From contig NC_068990.1 of the NCBI RefSeq assembly GCF_001194135.2, positions 63,677,771 to 63,739,847 of the forward strand: a stretch of DNA of 62,077 nt. The letters run 5' to 3'. Position numbers and translations under genes: made by a program. The stretch is from Octopus bimaculoides. Lineage: Eukaryota. The notes beneath the pieces were generated by a model. That model saw only the letters and a program-made list of their open reading frames with translations, was not told the origin of the DNA and ran no database searches. Of the stretch, positions 37,756 through 50,967 are shown piece by piece. How positions within the stretch are numbered: the first letter of the stretch is position 1; the number at the start of each line of letters is the position of its first letter.

Positions 37756-38676
37756 AGCCTTGAAGATGAAGATCCAGTTGAGTTTGATGATAAGCTCCTT
37801 GAGGCACTACTTGAAGAAAATCCTGCATTATCAGTTGAAGAATTGGCAATAAAGCTTAGTTCAAACCATACAACTGTTCATCGTCATCTTCAACAACTTG
37901 GAAAGGTTCCTAAACTTGGAAAATGGGTGCCTCATGAATTGTCTGAAAGCAACCGCAAAATCCCGAGTTGATATCTGCTCTTCTCTCCATTCTCGCGAAC
38001 TCATTTCACCCGTTTGGATAGACTTGTAACCGGTGATGAAAAATGGATCTTCTATCGAAATGTTAAATGTCGTAAACAGTAGCTTGGTAAAAGGAAAAAA
38101 ACTCAACCACAACCGAGAAGGGAACTTCATGGGAAAAAGGTTCTTCTCTCTATCTGTTGGGATTGCAAAGGAGTAAGTCACTTTTAATTGTTAGCACCTA
38201 ATGCAACAATCAATGCTCAAGTCTACTGTCAGCAATTTGAGCGTTTGAACCCAGCTTTGGAGGAAAAAAGACCCGCTTTAGTGAATCGAAAAGGAGTGAT
38301 ATTTCATCAGGACAACGCGCTACCCTACACTGCAAACATCACATCACAGAAGATCGAAGATCTTGGTTGGGAAAAAATTTCTCGTCCATCTTATTCTCCC
38401 GATCTTGCACCTTCAGACTATCATTTGTTTCATAGTTTACAGAATCATTTGTAGGGACATAACTTTCGCAAGCCAGGAGGAGGTAGAAACTGACATTTCA
38501 GAGTTCTTCGCTTTGAAACCAAAAGAGTTTTACATTGATGGGATTAAAAAGCTTGTAAATAGATGGAAGGAAGTCACAGATAATCAGGGAAAGTACATTG
38601 ATGATTAAATTTCAATTAAATATAACATTTGATCAGTTGTTTTCTTTATTCGGACAGAACTTATGAGATGACCTGA
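37756..38676 (+). mobile_element. Mariner (DD34D) transposase pseudogene with right TIR; left end in gap
   Basis: GKWVPHELS, VTGDEKW, VIFHQDNA, YSPDLAPSDYHLF, GIKKLVNRW; ends gaacttatgagatgacctga|ta. Confidence 0.95.
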
Positions 38677-40021
38677 TATGTATATATATATATATATATA
38701 TATANNNNNNNNNNNNNNNNNNNNNNNNNNNNNNNNNNNNNNNNNNNNNNNNNNNNNNNNNNNNNNNNNNNNNNNNNNNNNNNNNNNNNNNNNNNNNNNN
38801 NNNNNNNNNNNNNNNNNNNNNNNNNNNNNNNNNNNNNNNNNNNNNNNNNNNNNNNNNNNNNNNNNNNNNNNNNNNNNNNNNNNNNNNNNNNNNNNNNNNN
38901 NNNNNNNNNNNNNNNNNNNNNNNNNNNNNNNNNNNNNNNNNNNNNNNNNNNNNNNNNNNNNNNNNNNNNNNNNNNNNNNNNNNNNNNNNNNNNNNNNNNN
39001 NNNNNNNNNNNNNNNNNNNNNNNNNNNNNNNNNNNNNNNNNNNNNNNNNNNNNNNNNNNNNNNNNNNNNNNNNNNNNNNNNNNNNNNNNNNNNNNNNNNN
39101 NNNNNNNNNNNNNNNNNNNNNNNNNNNNNNNNNNNNNNNNNNNNNNNNNNNNNNNNNNNNNNNNNAAATAATAATATAAAATAAAATAAGGAATATAAAA
39201 TACTAAGAAGAAAAATACACAGATATTCATACAAAAATAAAAATAAAAATAAAAGGCGTCAAATCGGTGGGGCGGGTAATCTAAGAAACAATAAGAGAAA
39301 ATCTGGATAGTAAAGTAAGATACATCTAAGCCATTTAGACGGGTTGGAGAAGGGTGGTGAGGAAACGTTTAAATGTAGAAGAAGAAGATAAGTAGATATA
39401 GATACAGAGATCTTAAAGGTCGTAAGTGATAGATATATATGAGCTGTGTCTGCCTATATCAGTGGTGGGTCGTAAATAAGTGGCGTCAGGCTAGAGTAAA
39501 CTTGAAAAGCTCAAAGGTAAGTCTGACACTGAATAAGTAATTAACCCATAATCGTTATCCTGCCAAAATATTGCTGTTTCATTTACATGCACCGAGATTT
39601 TTACACTTCGGCAAGTTTTCTACAATATCGCACTGTCTTCCGTATATCGAAGCCCGAATTCTCTTTAAGCGTGTGACAAGCAAGTACACAGCATTCACAA
39701 GCCCCAAGTAGGGTGAAACGTGCCAATCGTTCTTGTAAGTCACTATTGCGACGATGTCTGCCTTGTTCCAAAATATTTCGTTTTTGTAACACACATTTAT
39801 TGAGAGATTTTCTCTCACTCAAAAGCCATTCAGTGATACACATAAAATAGTATGATACATAGATGACTGTGTGTTTATGTATGTTTGTTGTGTGTGCGCG
39901 TATACGCGCGTGTGTCTGTGTATGTGAGTCTGTGTGTGAGCGTGTGTATACGAGTGTGTGTATGTGTGTGCGCTCGTGCGTGTACGCGTGTGTGTGTATA
40001 CGGACGTGCATCTATGAAATG

Positions 40022-40580
40022 AACGTGGGTCGGCTGAAACGTCCATAGATACTGACAAAGATACTCTCATGGAATGAGACCAAATGAGGTTTATGGTTCA
40101 ACGTAGTCCCCCTTGCAATTCACACACAGTCTTCCATCGGTGTTGCTTGGATTCCATTAGTGGAGAAGCTTTCATCCTGTTGGTCAAAAAAAGTCATCAG
40201 CAGCAGTGTACAGCCATGTACAGAAGCCATTAAAAGCAAGGACTTTTGTGCTGGAGCATCGTCTAATGAAACAAGACCCTTTTCGTCAGTTATCCTGAGC
40301 GCTTCGTCTTTCTAGACTTTTGTGGCTGCCTCATCAAGCTGGCATAGTACTCTCCGTTGATGGTGTGACTCTTCTGAAAATAGTCATTAAACACAATGCC
40401 TTTTACATACCAAAAAGTTGAGGCCATCACCTTCCTTGCAAATGAATGACTTTGGTCTTCTTTGGAGGAGGTAAGTTGGGGTGTTTCCACTACATGGATT
40501 ATCTCATTGCCTCTGGGTCAGAGTGATGAAGCCAACACTCATCCTGGTTTAGGAAATGTTTGAGGAAACCAGCTTGATCT
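40022..40580 (-). mobile_element. Mariner (DD34D) transposase fragment, second family
   Basis: FLNQDECWLHH, KVMASTFWYVKGIVFNDYFQKSHTINGEYYASL, FFDQQDES, GDYVE-like end. Confidence 0.85.
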
Positions 40581-40938
40581 ATATGTGTGTGATGTCATCC
40601 ACAGCTGGCGTATATTTCCGTTGGATCTACTTCAGGAATTCCGCAGTGTTATTTGAGATAATGATAACTGATTAAGTAACCAGAAGATAGATTTGGTATT
40701 AGTCTTTATTTTGTATAACGATCGTTTAGACCCAACCTGCTACTGTCCCTTATGGGTGGGACTCCATTCAACATGTGTTTTATCCATTTTGCAATCTGGA
40801 TCACATCAGGTACATCCATACATAGTGTCTCGCTAAAGATCCTGAGTTTAGTCGGTCATGTTGTTATATACCCATCGAGTTAGGGAATTCGCTTTATGTC
40901 GAGCCGAGTAAAGGTAGTTATATATATACATATACATA

Positions 40939-41785
40939 CAGGGTGCAATGGATAAATTGTCGCCATTTTATACTTTTAATTTCGCGCATTCGCATTGTTT
41001 GTTTTTGATCTTTGTCGACTACACAGTATAGTAGGGTCAGTTGGGCACCACCTGAGAGAAAAACGGCACTATGATGCAGTTCACTCTGCTAGAAACTTGG
41101 AAATGACATGCTGCACTGCTTGTCATTCCCGCCGGAAGCTCCAGTACGGACATGAACCAATACGAACATGTACCGAGAGTGATAAAAATCAAACATCCAG
41201 TCAACGTCATGGTACTTGGAGCGATCGCTAGTGATGGCGACGTTATGCCTCCATTCATCTTCCCACACGGCCTCAGACACAACACGGAGCACTACACCAA
41301 GTGCCTTGGAGGAAGTAGTGCTGCCCTGGGTGAAGAAGATGGCTGTTGAGACACCCTATGTTCTGGCAACAAGACTCTGCACCATGCCACACAGGCAGGA
41401 GAACCCAGTCATGGCCGTCAGACAATTTGTGTGACTACATAACCCCTAAGATCTGGCCACCTAACTCCCCAGATTGCAGACTCCTTCAATATTATTTGAG
41501 AATCACAGTTAAGCGAGAGACCTACAAAACCCCTTGTAACAGCAAAGATGAACTGAAAGCAAGGATTATGGCAGCATTCACCCACTTAAACCAGGAGACC
41601 GTCCAGAAGAGTTGCAGGAGATACCGAAGTCGTTTGGAGGCCGTGGCTGAAGCCAATGGCGATTTTATTGAATAAATTTACTCGTTAGTATTTCAAAATA
41701 TTTTTGTGTAATTTTGATAAATATATCTATTAAAATAAGATGTCAGTGTTATTTTCATAGATGACAGCTTATTTCTCGCATCCTC
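40939..41785 (+). mobile_element. Internally deleted DD37D/maT-like element, copy 3
   Basis: ta|cagggtgcaatggataaattgtcgcc; HVPRVIKIKHPVNVMV, WQQDSAPCH, IWPPNSPDC, EANGDFIE*. Confidence 0.92.
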
Positions 41786-43960
41786 TATATATGTATATAT
41801 ATATATGTATATATGTATAAATATGCGTGAGCGTGTGTGTGTGCGTGTCTGTGTGTACGTGTGTGTATATGTTGGGGATCAAGGAAATCGGTGAAGGCAA
41901 CGAGATTTGAATAACTAAAGGGAAGCGACTCTTTCTTTGTTACCTCCCCTTCATTTATTCACCATTTTCTCATTCATCCATAAGGCATTTAATACAATGT
42001 GATTAGTCTTTTATGTTCTGAGTTCAACAGCTGCCGTGGCAAGTTAGGTCAGGTTGATTTTCATTTTTAGGGATCGATAAAATAAAGTGACAGCTTAATA
42101 CTGAGTTTCATATAATTAACTAACTTGCCGCAAGATTGTGATTTGTAATAATGTTAGAAATTATTATTTGCTCTCAATGATGGCTTGCCCCAGTTTTTAT
42201 TCTTATTAATTTTTTTTTATTTTGCTTTTCTATTTTTATATGTCTCTCTTTCTATTTAAATCTCCTTTTATTTGCCCTATACTTCTTGAATCGCTCTTAC
42301 TTTTAAACTTCTGTGGAGGAAGGTGGGTATTTAAGGCCTCGAGAACCACCCGAGACCTGTGAAAGTGACGTGGTTAAATCTCGGCTTAAATATCTGCATG
42401 TCGATAACCACAGGACAGAAACTTCAGATGGCCTCCTTTTAGGGGATAAGGAGGAGAACGGGGCGTAGTGATTCATATTTACCAGGAAGTGAACATATTA
42501 TGAGCGATGGCAGAAAGAGAGACGATTATGAGTTCGCCACAAAAGCAGCCAGCTCTGGGGAATAAAGTCTATCAAAATACCATAAGAAAAGACTGAGAGA
42601 AGAGATAATATATCTATTAGGCAAGATGTTGGAGCGTGTTGTTGAATGACTTCATGCCAGTTAGTGGGTTTCTTTTACGCCAGCAATGAAAATAAACCCG
42701 TGGACATCCCGCAGCATATGAACTAGTAAGGTTTTGTGTTTCATTCCAGCATTCAATATGAATGTCAAAATTTATCTAGCTAACGATTTCTTAAGTTTAA
42801 TATCGAGGCATTTAACAGAAGTACCCTGAAGGTACTTGTTGTGAAAAGTTCGTCTTGCTGGTTAACCAACATAATATGAAAAAAGAGTCACTGAAACCTA
42901 TGAAAATGAAAATAACTTTAAATGTAATTGTATAGATCCTAGCAGCTGTCCCTTTAAAGGTTATTACTTGATCAAAGGAGTAGTATATAGAGCTAAAGTC
43001 TAAGTTGATAATAGCACTGCATAAAAAAAATATATTACTCAAGATCAGCAGAAAACAATTTCAAGGCGGGAATTCACCTTCGCAAAAATTCTTTTTGTTA
43101 CCCAGAAAACAGATTGTCAACAAATTTATCCAAACACGTATCGAAGTTGAAACACGAAGGTTCGTCCCATTTCAAGCTTATACAGACATCGGTCTTACCG
43201 CTAGTCCATGAAATTCCCATTGTCTTGTCCTGTTTCAGAACAAATTGGTATTAAACCAAAAATCTGAGTTATTGAATTTGGTTTCAAGGCCCCTTCCATC
43301 TAACTCATGATATATATATANNNNNNNNNNNNNNNNNNNNNNNNNNNNNNNNNNNNNNNNNNNNNNNNNNNNNNNNNNNNNNNNNNNNNNNNNNNNNNNN
43401 NNNNNNNNNNNNNNNNNNNNNNNNNNNNNNNNNNNNNNNNNNNNNNNNNNNNNNNNNNNNNNNNNNNNNNNNNNNGCATCGTCTTACTCTGCGTGTGTTA
43501 TCCATTACCGCTTTACTGGGAATCCGACAGAGATGACGTTTAACCAATTCCCGTTGTAGCAGGAACACAGAGTAACAGGGTTAATACTAACACGTGCTTT
43601 TAATAACGATTATTACTTTCACATGGATTTCCATATACAGGCATATATACATGCGTATATCATTGTGTGTGTGTGAGTGTGTGTACACATATATATGTGT
43701 GCGAGTGTGAGTGTGTGTGTGTATACGTATACACACGTATATACATACATCTGTATAGATATACACACGCACACATGTATGTATGTGTATGTATGCATGT
43801 ATGTATGTATGTATGTATGCGGTTCCCAAAAACTATGTATACACGCTGTAACAGTTGATAAGTCGCCTTTCATTTTTTTTTTTAGATTTAACCAATTTAA
43901 CCAATTCACTTTAGTATAAAATTTCTCTGCCTAAGACAAAGAAATTTTATACTAAAGTAA

Positions 43961-44350
43961 TATTGGAAGTTTGAAAATGCAGTCGATGTGCAATGGCAGT
44001 TTAGACAGGTGTTTCAAACAGATTCAGAGTTAAGTTTGAAGTAGATGGAATTGTTCAGGATGTCCAAAGAAAACGTTCAGGAAGACCGCTGACTTCCACG
44101 AGTCTCACGAAGCAAGAAAGGCTATTAAAAATTTGCTGCTAAAGTTCAAGTAAATTTATGCAGAAAGCGAATCATAAGTTAGGTATTTAAACATAAAGGG
44201 ACCATCACGTTTTGAAACGCTGTCATTGAAATAGTTACGTTCTAACACATGAGAGGGAAGTTTTGCGAATGGTTTTTGGCAAGTTGTTTAGAAGATAGAC
44301 ATTTGATTTAAGCGATGAGATTATATTTAAATTGAATGGTTCAATTAACC
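43961..44350 (+). mobile_element. Tc1/mariner transposase N-terminal fragment (DUF4817-type)
   Basis: YWKFENAVDVQWQFR, KFEVDGIVQDVQRKRSGRPLTSTS, FCEWFL, SDEIIFKLNG. Confidence 0.75.
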
Positions 44351-44570
44351 ATAGATTCATCTGTTCCAGGAGGGAAAGACACAGACAAAAGAAAGCATCT
44401 AAGAGAAAATCCACCCCACTACAGAACTGATTCTTTATTTAGCAACTTGAAATCAATAGAAGCAACGTTGACCACGGCGCGAATTGAACTCAGTGCTCAG
44501 GGAACCAGAACGAGTATCATACAACGAAATATGTATTCGCTAATGCCTATGCTAACTGGCCGCATATGCA

Positions 44571-44597
<27 letters not shown>

Positions 44598-44601
<4 letters not shown>

Positions 44602-44713
44602 AGGCGCATGGCTCAGTGGTTAGAGCACCGAACTTACGACCGTGAGGTTGTGAGTTCGATTCTCGGACCAGGCTGTGTTGTGTTCTTGAGCAAGACACTT
44701 TATTTCACGTTGC
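44598..44713 (+). mobile_element. SINE family C head (truncated by gap)
   Basis: A box tggctcagtgg, B box gttcgattc, then tgtgttcttgagcaagacactttatttcacg. Confidence 0.8.
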
Positions 44714-44723
44714 NNNNNNNNNN

Positions 44724-44767
<44 letters not shown>

Positions 44768-45321
44768 ACACACAGAAACACACAAACACACAAAGAAGTA
44801 TGCCAGATTACTTTTAAAAGAATGAACTTTTGATTCGCTTGCACAATTGAAACTAATATAAATTAAATTCTTGTAAGATTTTTTTTTATTTATGCCTCAT
44901 AGTTAGAAACAAAATATTTGTTGGCTGATCAGCTGAGAAACCCAACGCAAGATAGTCGATTGAAATGAAGTAACATATTTGATCAAACGTGCTGAAGCTG
45001 AGTTTAAACGAAGACGTCTAAGGATTAATAACTCGTGCAACGCCGTATACAGAGTTGCTTCCCTCTAAACATTTTTTTTTTTTTAATGTTTATTTACTAA
45101 AACAAATGAATAATTAATTTTAAGACACGGACAATTTTCTCTTAACCCTTAGAACCCACCAGGCCGGTTTCTGGCCTGAGCGTATAGTATATATACCCGC
45201 TAAACTGCTTACCAATAAAAGACCGTTTTACATCGCAGTTTAGGTATCTATTCACGGCCGAATTTCTGGGAGGAGGCTTCGAGAATTATTTAGAATTAAA
45301 TTGCAGATTTTTGAGTATATA

Positions 45322-45507
45322 CTCTTTTATTTGTTTCACTCATTTGACTGTGGCCATGCTGGAGCATCACCTTTAGTCGAGCAAATCGACCCCAGGACTT
45401 ATTCTTTGTAAGCCAAGTAGTTATTCTATCGGCCTCTTTAGCCGAAACGCTAAGTAACGGGGACGTAAACACATCAGCATCGGTTGTCAAGCGATGCTGG
45501 GGGGACA

Positions 45508-45595
<88 letters not shown>

Positions 45596-45757
45596 TATAT
45601 ACGACAGGCTTCTTTCAGTTTCCGTCTACCAAATCCACTCACAAGGCTATGGTCGGCCCGAGGCTATACTAGAAGACACTTGCCCAAGATGCCACGCACT
45701 GGGACTGAACCCGGAACCATGTGGTTTGTAAGCATGCTACTTACCACACAGCCACTC
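45322..45757 (-). mobile_element. SINE family A, near full length with internal (CA)n(TA)n
   Basis: Reverse complement of the 47640 head; tail gctggagcatcacc...gtggccatg. Confidence 0.92.
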
Positions 45758-46086
45758 ATTTTTTTTTTTTTGCACGATGAAGTTCAGTTATGGAGGTACA
45801 AGTGAGAAAATAAAATAAACAACATGAAATAGATATTTTATTTGTTTATTTATCATAAATAACAACAAAAAAGTAACACATAAATAAAAATAAATCATAA
45901 CTAAAGTTTTTACAAATTTTCACTGGGAGCTCAGGGTGGAGGTCATGTCAGGATGGGCTCATAGGGTTCAAAAGTTTAAGCAAATCAAACTAGAAAGGTG
46001 AATTATTCTTAGAAGCTTAATTTCCTGACAGAGAGCAATATAAAAATGTAATGTATATATTCTTAATATCATTTGCCAAAATATTG

Positions 46087-46246
46087 GTTTTAAGTTTTGG
46101 CACAATGCCAGCAAGTTCGGCGGCTGGTGTACGTCGATTACATCAACCCCAGTGTTCAGCTGCTACTTATTTTATCGATCCCAAAAGGATAAAAGACAAA
46201 GTCGACCAAGGGGTAATTTGAACTCAGAATGTAAAAACGGACGAAA
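46087..46246 (-). mobile_element. SINE family B, partial
   Basis: ttttggcacaatgccagc...cgattacatcaaccccagt...gtcgacc...atttgaactcagaa. Confidence 0.85.
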
Positions 46247-46299
46247 CACGTGACCGAGGAACATTGCCGACCTTCAGGAACATTGTGCGCTCTAGGACT

Positions 46300-46622
46300 A
46301 ACTAATATTTTGCATTTGCGGCTCCGTTGGTGGCTAATGAGCCCTGCTCTTGACAAGCATACACGACTGCAAACATTGCAGACCAAGCTTTCCCCATTCA
46401 CTATACGAGCCGTGCACTTTCGCGCAGCTCGCTTAAGTTCTTCACGCTGGATACGTGCTCTCTCAAAAGTGTCGATCCCCTCCTTAACCTGCTTCCTCCA
46501 TCTGTGGCGATGACAGGCATTGTTCTCTCAGTCAGTGTCCTGCATATCACAGGCCTTTAATGAGGACTTGACACAGTCCTTAAATCGCAGCCTTGGTTTC
46601 TGCCGAAGTCTCCTTCCATTCA
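46300..46622 (-). mobile_element. RTE-clade LINE 3' end
   Basis: GRRLRQKPRLRFKDCVKSSLK...RHRWRKQVKEG...FE...KRAARK...CNVCSRVCLSRAGLISHQR. Confidence 0.9.
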
Positions 46623-46667
46623 CATACATGCATACATACATACATACATACATACACACATACATAC

Positions 46668-46763
<96 letters not shown>

Positions 46764-46805
46764 ATGCATGAATGCTTAGATACATAATACATACATGCAT
46801 GCAGT

Positions 46806-47178
46806 TAGAATTTTCTTCAGGTTGAGTAGCCCATTCTGCTCAACGGGTCCCTGCATAAGGTTTATTCAAGGATGATGAACGAAACACCCATGTTTCCAGA
46901 AGTGATTTATTCAAACTCCAAAGAATTTCTCTCAACACATGGCTATGATGCTCCCCAACTACTTCTGCTCGTGATCAGAGATGCACATATCGTCAGCCAC
47001 TAAGGAACATGCTCAACTGGTTAAGATCAAACAACTGAAAAGCAAATCTGTGGTATTGAGTAGAATATTTGCTGCAGCCCATCATTTATACCAAGACAAA
47101 ACAATGTACATGATAACACTTCCAATCGGTTAAGATCAGAAGCCATGAGAGCCATTGCCTGGTATTACACCAGGGCAT

Positions 47179-47180
<2 letters not shown>
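46806..47180. mobile_element. Repeat family D, longest copy, ending at a (TTG)n tract
   Basis: ttcaaactccaaagaatttctctcaacacatggctatgatgctcccc...gatcagagatgcacatatcgtcagcc shared with 16705-16965. Confidence 0.75.
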
Positions 47181-47210
<30 letters not shown>

Positions 47211-47639
47211 GACAGATACTTTCCTCTTTGGTAAAGCTCTCATCAACTTTTACAAGTTTCACTTGAAAAATAAAAAGAGGGTAGAGAAAGAAATTCTGCC
47301 TTCCCACCTCGCAAATTTGTTCAAAGGTGTATGAATGTCACAAGAATTGCCCGAATGAATGGGCCTACTCTAAGCATGCGCCTGTAGACAAAGTGGAGAG
47401 GGTGCATATCCTAGTGGTCAGGAATGTCGTGGATTTGTGGGGGTTCCACGAGCAGTCCTTGCAGGTCTCCTTCTTTTGGGGAATTTTGTTGCTATTATTG
47501 ATTGTTTTTCATTGTTTACCTGACTTTCCTGTAACCCCACATTCTATTTGTCTTGTGCTGTCCACTATGCTTTTTTAATGTAAACCATTTGTAGTTAATA
47601 CAGAAATTGTTATCATTATTATTATTATTATTATTATTA

Positions 47640-47802
47640 AGGCGCAGGAGTGGCTGTGTGGTAAGTAGCTTGCTTACCAACCACATGGTTCCGGGTTCAG
47701 TCCCACTGCGTGGCATCTTGGGTAAGTGTCTTCTACTATAGCCTCGGGCCGACCAAAGCCTTGTGAGTGGATTTGGTGGACGGAAACTAAAAGAAGCCCG
47801 TC

Positions 47803-47837
<35 letters not shown>

Positions 47838-48063
47838 GGAATGTCTGTGTTTGTCCCCCTAGCATTGCTTGACANNNNNNNNNNNNNNNNNNNNNNNNNN
47901 NNNNNNNNNNNNNNNNNNNNNNNNNNNNNNNNNNNNNNNNNNNNNNNNNNNNNNNNNNNNNNNNNNNNNNNNNNNNNNNNNNNNNNNNNNNNNNNNNNNN
48001 NNNNNNNNNNNNNNNNNNNNNNNNNNNNNNNNNNNNNNNNNNNNNNTAAGAGAATAAAAGAGT
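47640..48063 (+). mobile_element. SINE family A, young copy (3' half in gap)
   Basis: A box tggctgtgtgg, B box ggttcagtccc, internal (TG)n, tail aagagaataaaaga. Confidence 0.92.
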
Positions 48064-48070
48064 ATTATTA

Positions 48071-48283
48071 TAAAGAAGTGAGCTGGCTGAATCGTTACCG
48101 CGCCGAGCAAAATGCTTAGCGGCATTTTAACCGTCTTTATGTTCTGAGCTCAAATTTCCCCGGGTCGACTTTGTCTTTCGTCCTTTCGGGGTCGATAAAT
48201 TAAGTACTAGTGAAACACTGGGGTCGATGTAATCGAATTATCCCATCCCCCAAAATTCTGACCTTGTGCCAAAATTTGAAACC
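48071..48283 (+). mobile_element. SINE family B
   Basis: gagctggctgaatcgttacc...cctttcggggtcgataaattaagtac...ccttgtgccaaaatttgaaacc. Confidence 0.88.
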
Positions 48284-48499
48284 ATTATTATCATTATCAT
48301 TATCATTATCATCATTATCATCATCATCAACATTATCATTGTTGTTGTTATTTTTGTTGCTGTTGCTGTTCTGGTTCTTGTTCCTACGGTTGCTGTCGTT
48401 GCTATGGTTACTGTTCTTTTGTTTCACGGAATTGGTGAAATTTTTCCCCAGTTAATTATTCTTCCTATCGAACCGCAACTTGTGGTTTAGGATCGAATG

Positions 48500-49800
48500 T
48501 ATCTTCTCTATAAAAGCTTTCATCTACTCTTCCAGCCTGGTCTTACATTGTATTGAGGACTTTTCGGATATTTCCTGTTGAACAGTGTAACCATGTTTTG
48601 CGCTCTGTACCTACTCCCAGATTAAGATAAAAATTTTCAAGGTTTGTTCTTAAGGTTTTTGTTTTGTTTTTTTTTTTGTTTTTTTTTTTGCCATTGTTGC
48701 CTAGGCTTCAATAATGATAGGCAGTATTCATAACCTCTCTAATGTTTCTGTTCCAACACTCAAGGATTTCTTTTTGAAATCAGTATAATACTCTAGTTTT
48801 TATTTCTTTTTCCTTTTTTTTTTTTATTCTGATGTCATAAAGAGAATGCAACGTCAATTATTATATATATATTTTTTTCTTCTTGTCGACGACTATAATA
48901 TCCTGTTTGTTGTATTCAAATCTTCTTTAGGTTTACCTGCATCGGCTTTGACGGATCATATAACTAATCCCAACAATGTTTATAGCTTTATTTTCTGTGC
49001 ATACAAAACCAGATTTCCTGCAAAATTTCCCGATATTGTTCCAACATAGCTACACATTTTTTAATTCAGTCTGAGCTAACTGTGGACATTCGGATAAAAT
49101 GTAAGCCATGGTATTATCTGAGTCATCACACATTCTGCCTGAGGGAGCAGTCTTGCTGATCTATCATTTTTTTCAATTCAATATACTTATAAGGTTTGTT
49201 CCTGTGCTATCAAGAACATTTTCTTGGTATCGCTTTCTATAGTTATAACCAGTAGTACGAGTTATTCCCTCTCACTTTTGAAAAGGCTGAATGAAGTTTC
49301 TTTCTTTTAACGACTAAGTGTTTGTCGCTAGAAGTAGTTCAAAACTATGATTGTGCATTCAGCTTGTCCATGGCTAATATTTTTCTCCTTGGCATCTCAT
49401 TGGTCATTATTCACCAATCACAGCATAAATTAAACTTTCCACACAGAATATGCGGATCGAATCCTGGAGTCCTTCTCTTCAACCGAACAACTATAAATAG
49501 ATGAGTTTTGACTGTTAAGCAGAATATTACACGCTGTCTAATTGAATCTCTTTAACGTTCTCTCAACCTTTTGTACACCATTTTTTCTCCCTACTTTTGT
49601 ATTTATGTCACATATTCACGCATGCACATTATATTTTAAGAAAAAGACATTTTCACATTGGTTCCAACAGTTTCTAACTTATTTTTCTTTGAATTAACAA
49701 TTTTACCTGCTATTCCAATTTTATCGACATCTTTGAAATCTCTCTGCTGTTCCTTTATATTTATATTTCTTACATTAAATTGCTCAGCCTCATTTATGTC
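48500..49800 (-). mobile_element. Decayed R4/Dong-like RLE retrotransposon (second family)
   Basis: Across frameshifts: FLIAQEQTL, GRMCDDSDNTMAYILSECPQLAQTE, NKQDIIVVDKK..IIIDVAF, KEILECW, IRKVLNTM*. Confidence 0.7.
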
Positions 49801-50011
49801 TTGTTTCAATTTCTATTAACTTTTAAAACGATCTTCAACATTTAACTTCAGACGCGTGCGCACACAGAAGCACACACACACANNNNNNNNNNNNNNNNNN
49901 NNNNNNNNNNNNNNNNNNNNNNNNNNNNNNNNNNNNNNNNNNNNNNNNNNNNNNNNNNNNNNNNNNNNNNNNNNNNNNNNNNNNNNNNNNNNNNNNNNNN
50001 NNNNNNNNNNN

Positions 50012-50064
<53 letters not shown>

Positions 50065-50925
50065 ACAAATATACATGAGTACACACAGTACACATATACA
50101 CTTTATACAGATACAAATGCATGATGCTAACCTGTCAACACCTCCCTTCCTCTCTATCCACCTCCTCTATTCAATTTCATACGCCTCTGCATATCTCAGT
50201 ACTTCCCCTCCAATACTAACCCACATTCATTATTCCACTAACCACTGCTATTTTGACTACCATCTCACCCCACCCCCAACTCTGTCCACGTCCCTCTCAT
50301 GCCTTTCTACATACCTTAGTGATCTCCCTCTGCCACTTTGCTTCCTTCAAATAATTGCAATTTCTTTTCTCACTATCTCAGCTTCCCATAATTCTATAGC
50401 TACTGTCCCTAAACTTTAACAAACTCAACACAACTGACTACCATTCAAATACTATCTATCCTACCCACCTATTCATCTTCCAGCTCTCCACCTCTATTAC
50501 TACCTCCCTTAGTACCCTCATTATTGACCCCTCACTCTTCTGGAACTATCTTTTCTCTCACCATTCACTGTCTTAACACACACCCCCAATAACCCCACCG
50601 CCCCTTCCTTTAATACAGCTAGCTCTCCACATTTAATAATTCCATCTTTTAACTTCTCTGCATTAAGATCTGAAAAGTGAGATCTTTCTCTACCCTAATG
50701 ACGATGGCTTGTCTTATCCAATGTTAATTGCATTCATACGGCCGTATATTGTGACGCCGAGACCCCAGGAACAGCAGTTAGACTTATAACACCGTTCTTC
50801 CACCGCTTTCACTTTCTTTATCGTTTATTCTCTATGTAAACTAGGCCTATTAAACTAATATATTCAATATATTTATACTTAAAAATTCCTCATCTGAAAG
50901 TCTCTTTTGCTTTCTCTCGTTTTGC

Positions 50926-50967
<42 letters not shown>

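Noticed and set aside
44598-44670. tRNA gene
   Set aside because: A/B boxes are present, but no complete cloverleaf, and it continues into SINE body sequence; it is a tRNA-derived SINE head. The same applies to 27061 and 47640.
45142-45185. TTAA-CCCTT piggyBac-like end with a small hairpin
   Set aside because: No matching right end or transposase; the motif is short.
50110-50780. CT-rich tract ending in a CUAAUGA...GAGAC hammerhead-like arrangement
   Set aside because: Two core mismatches and no closing stem II pair; possibly a PLE UTR but unsupported here.
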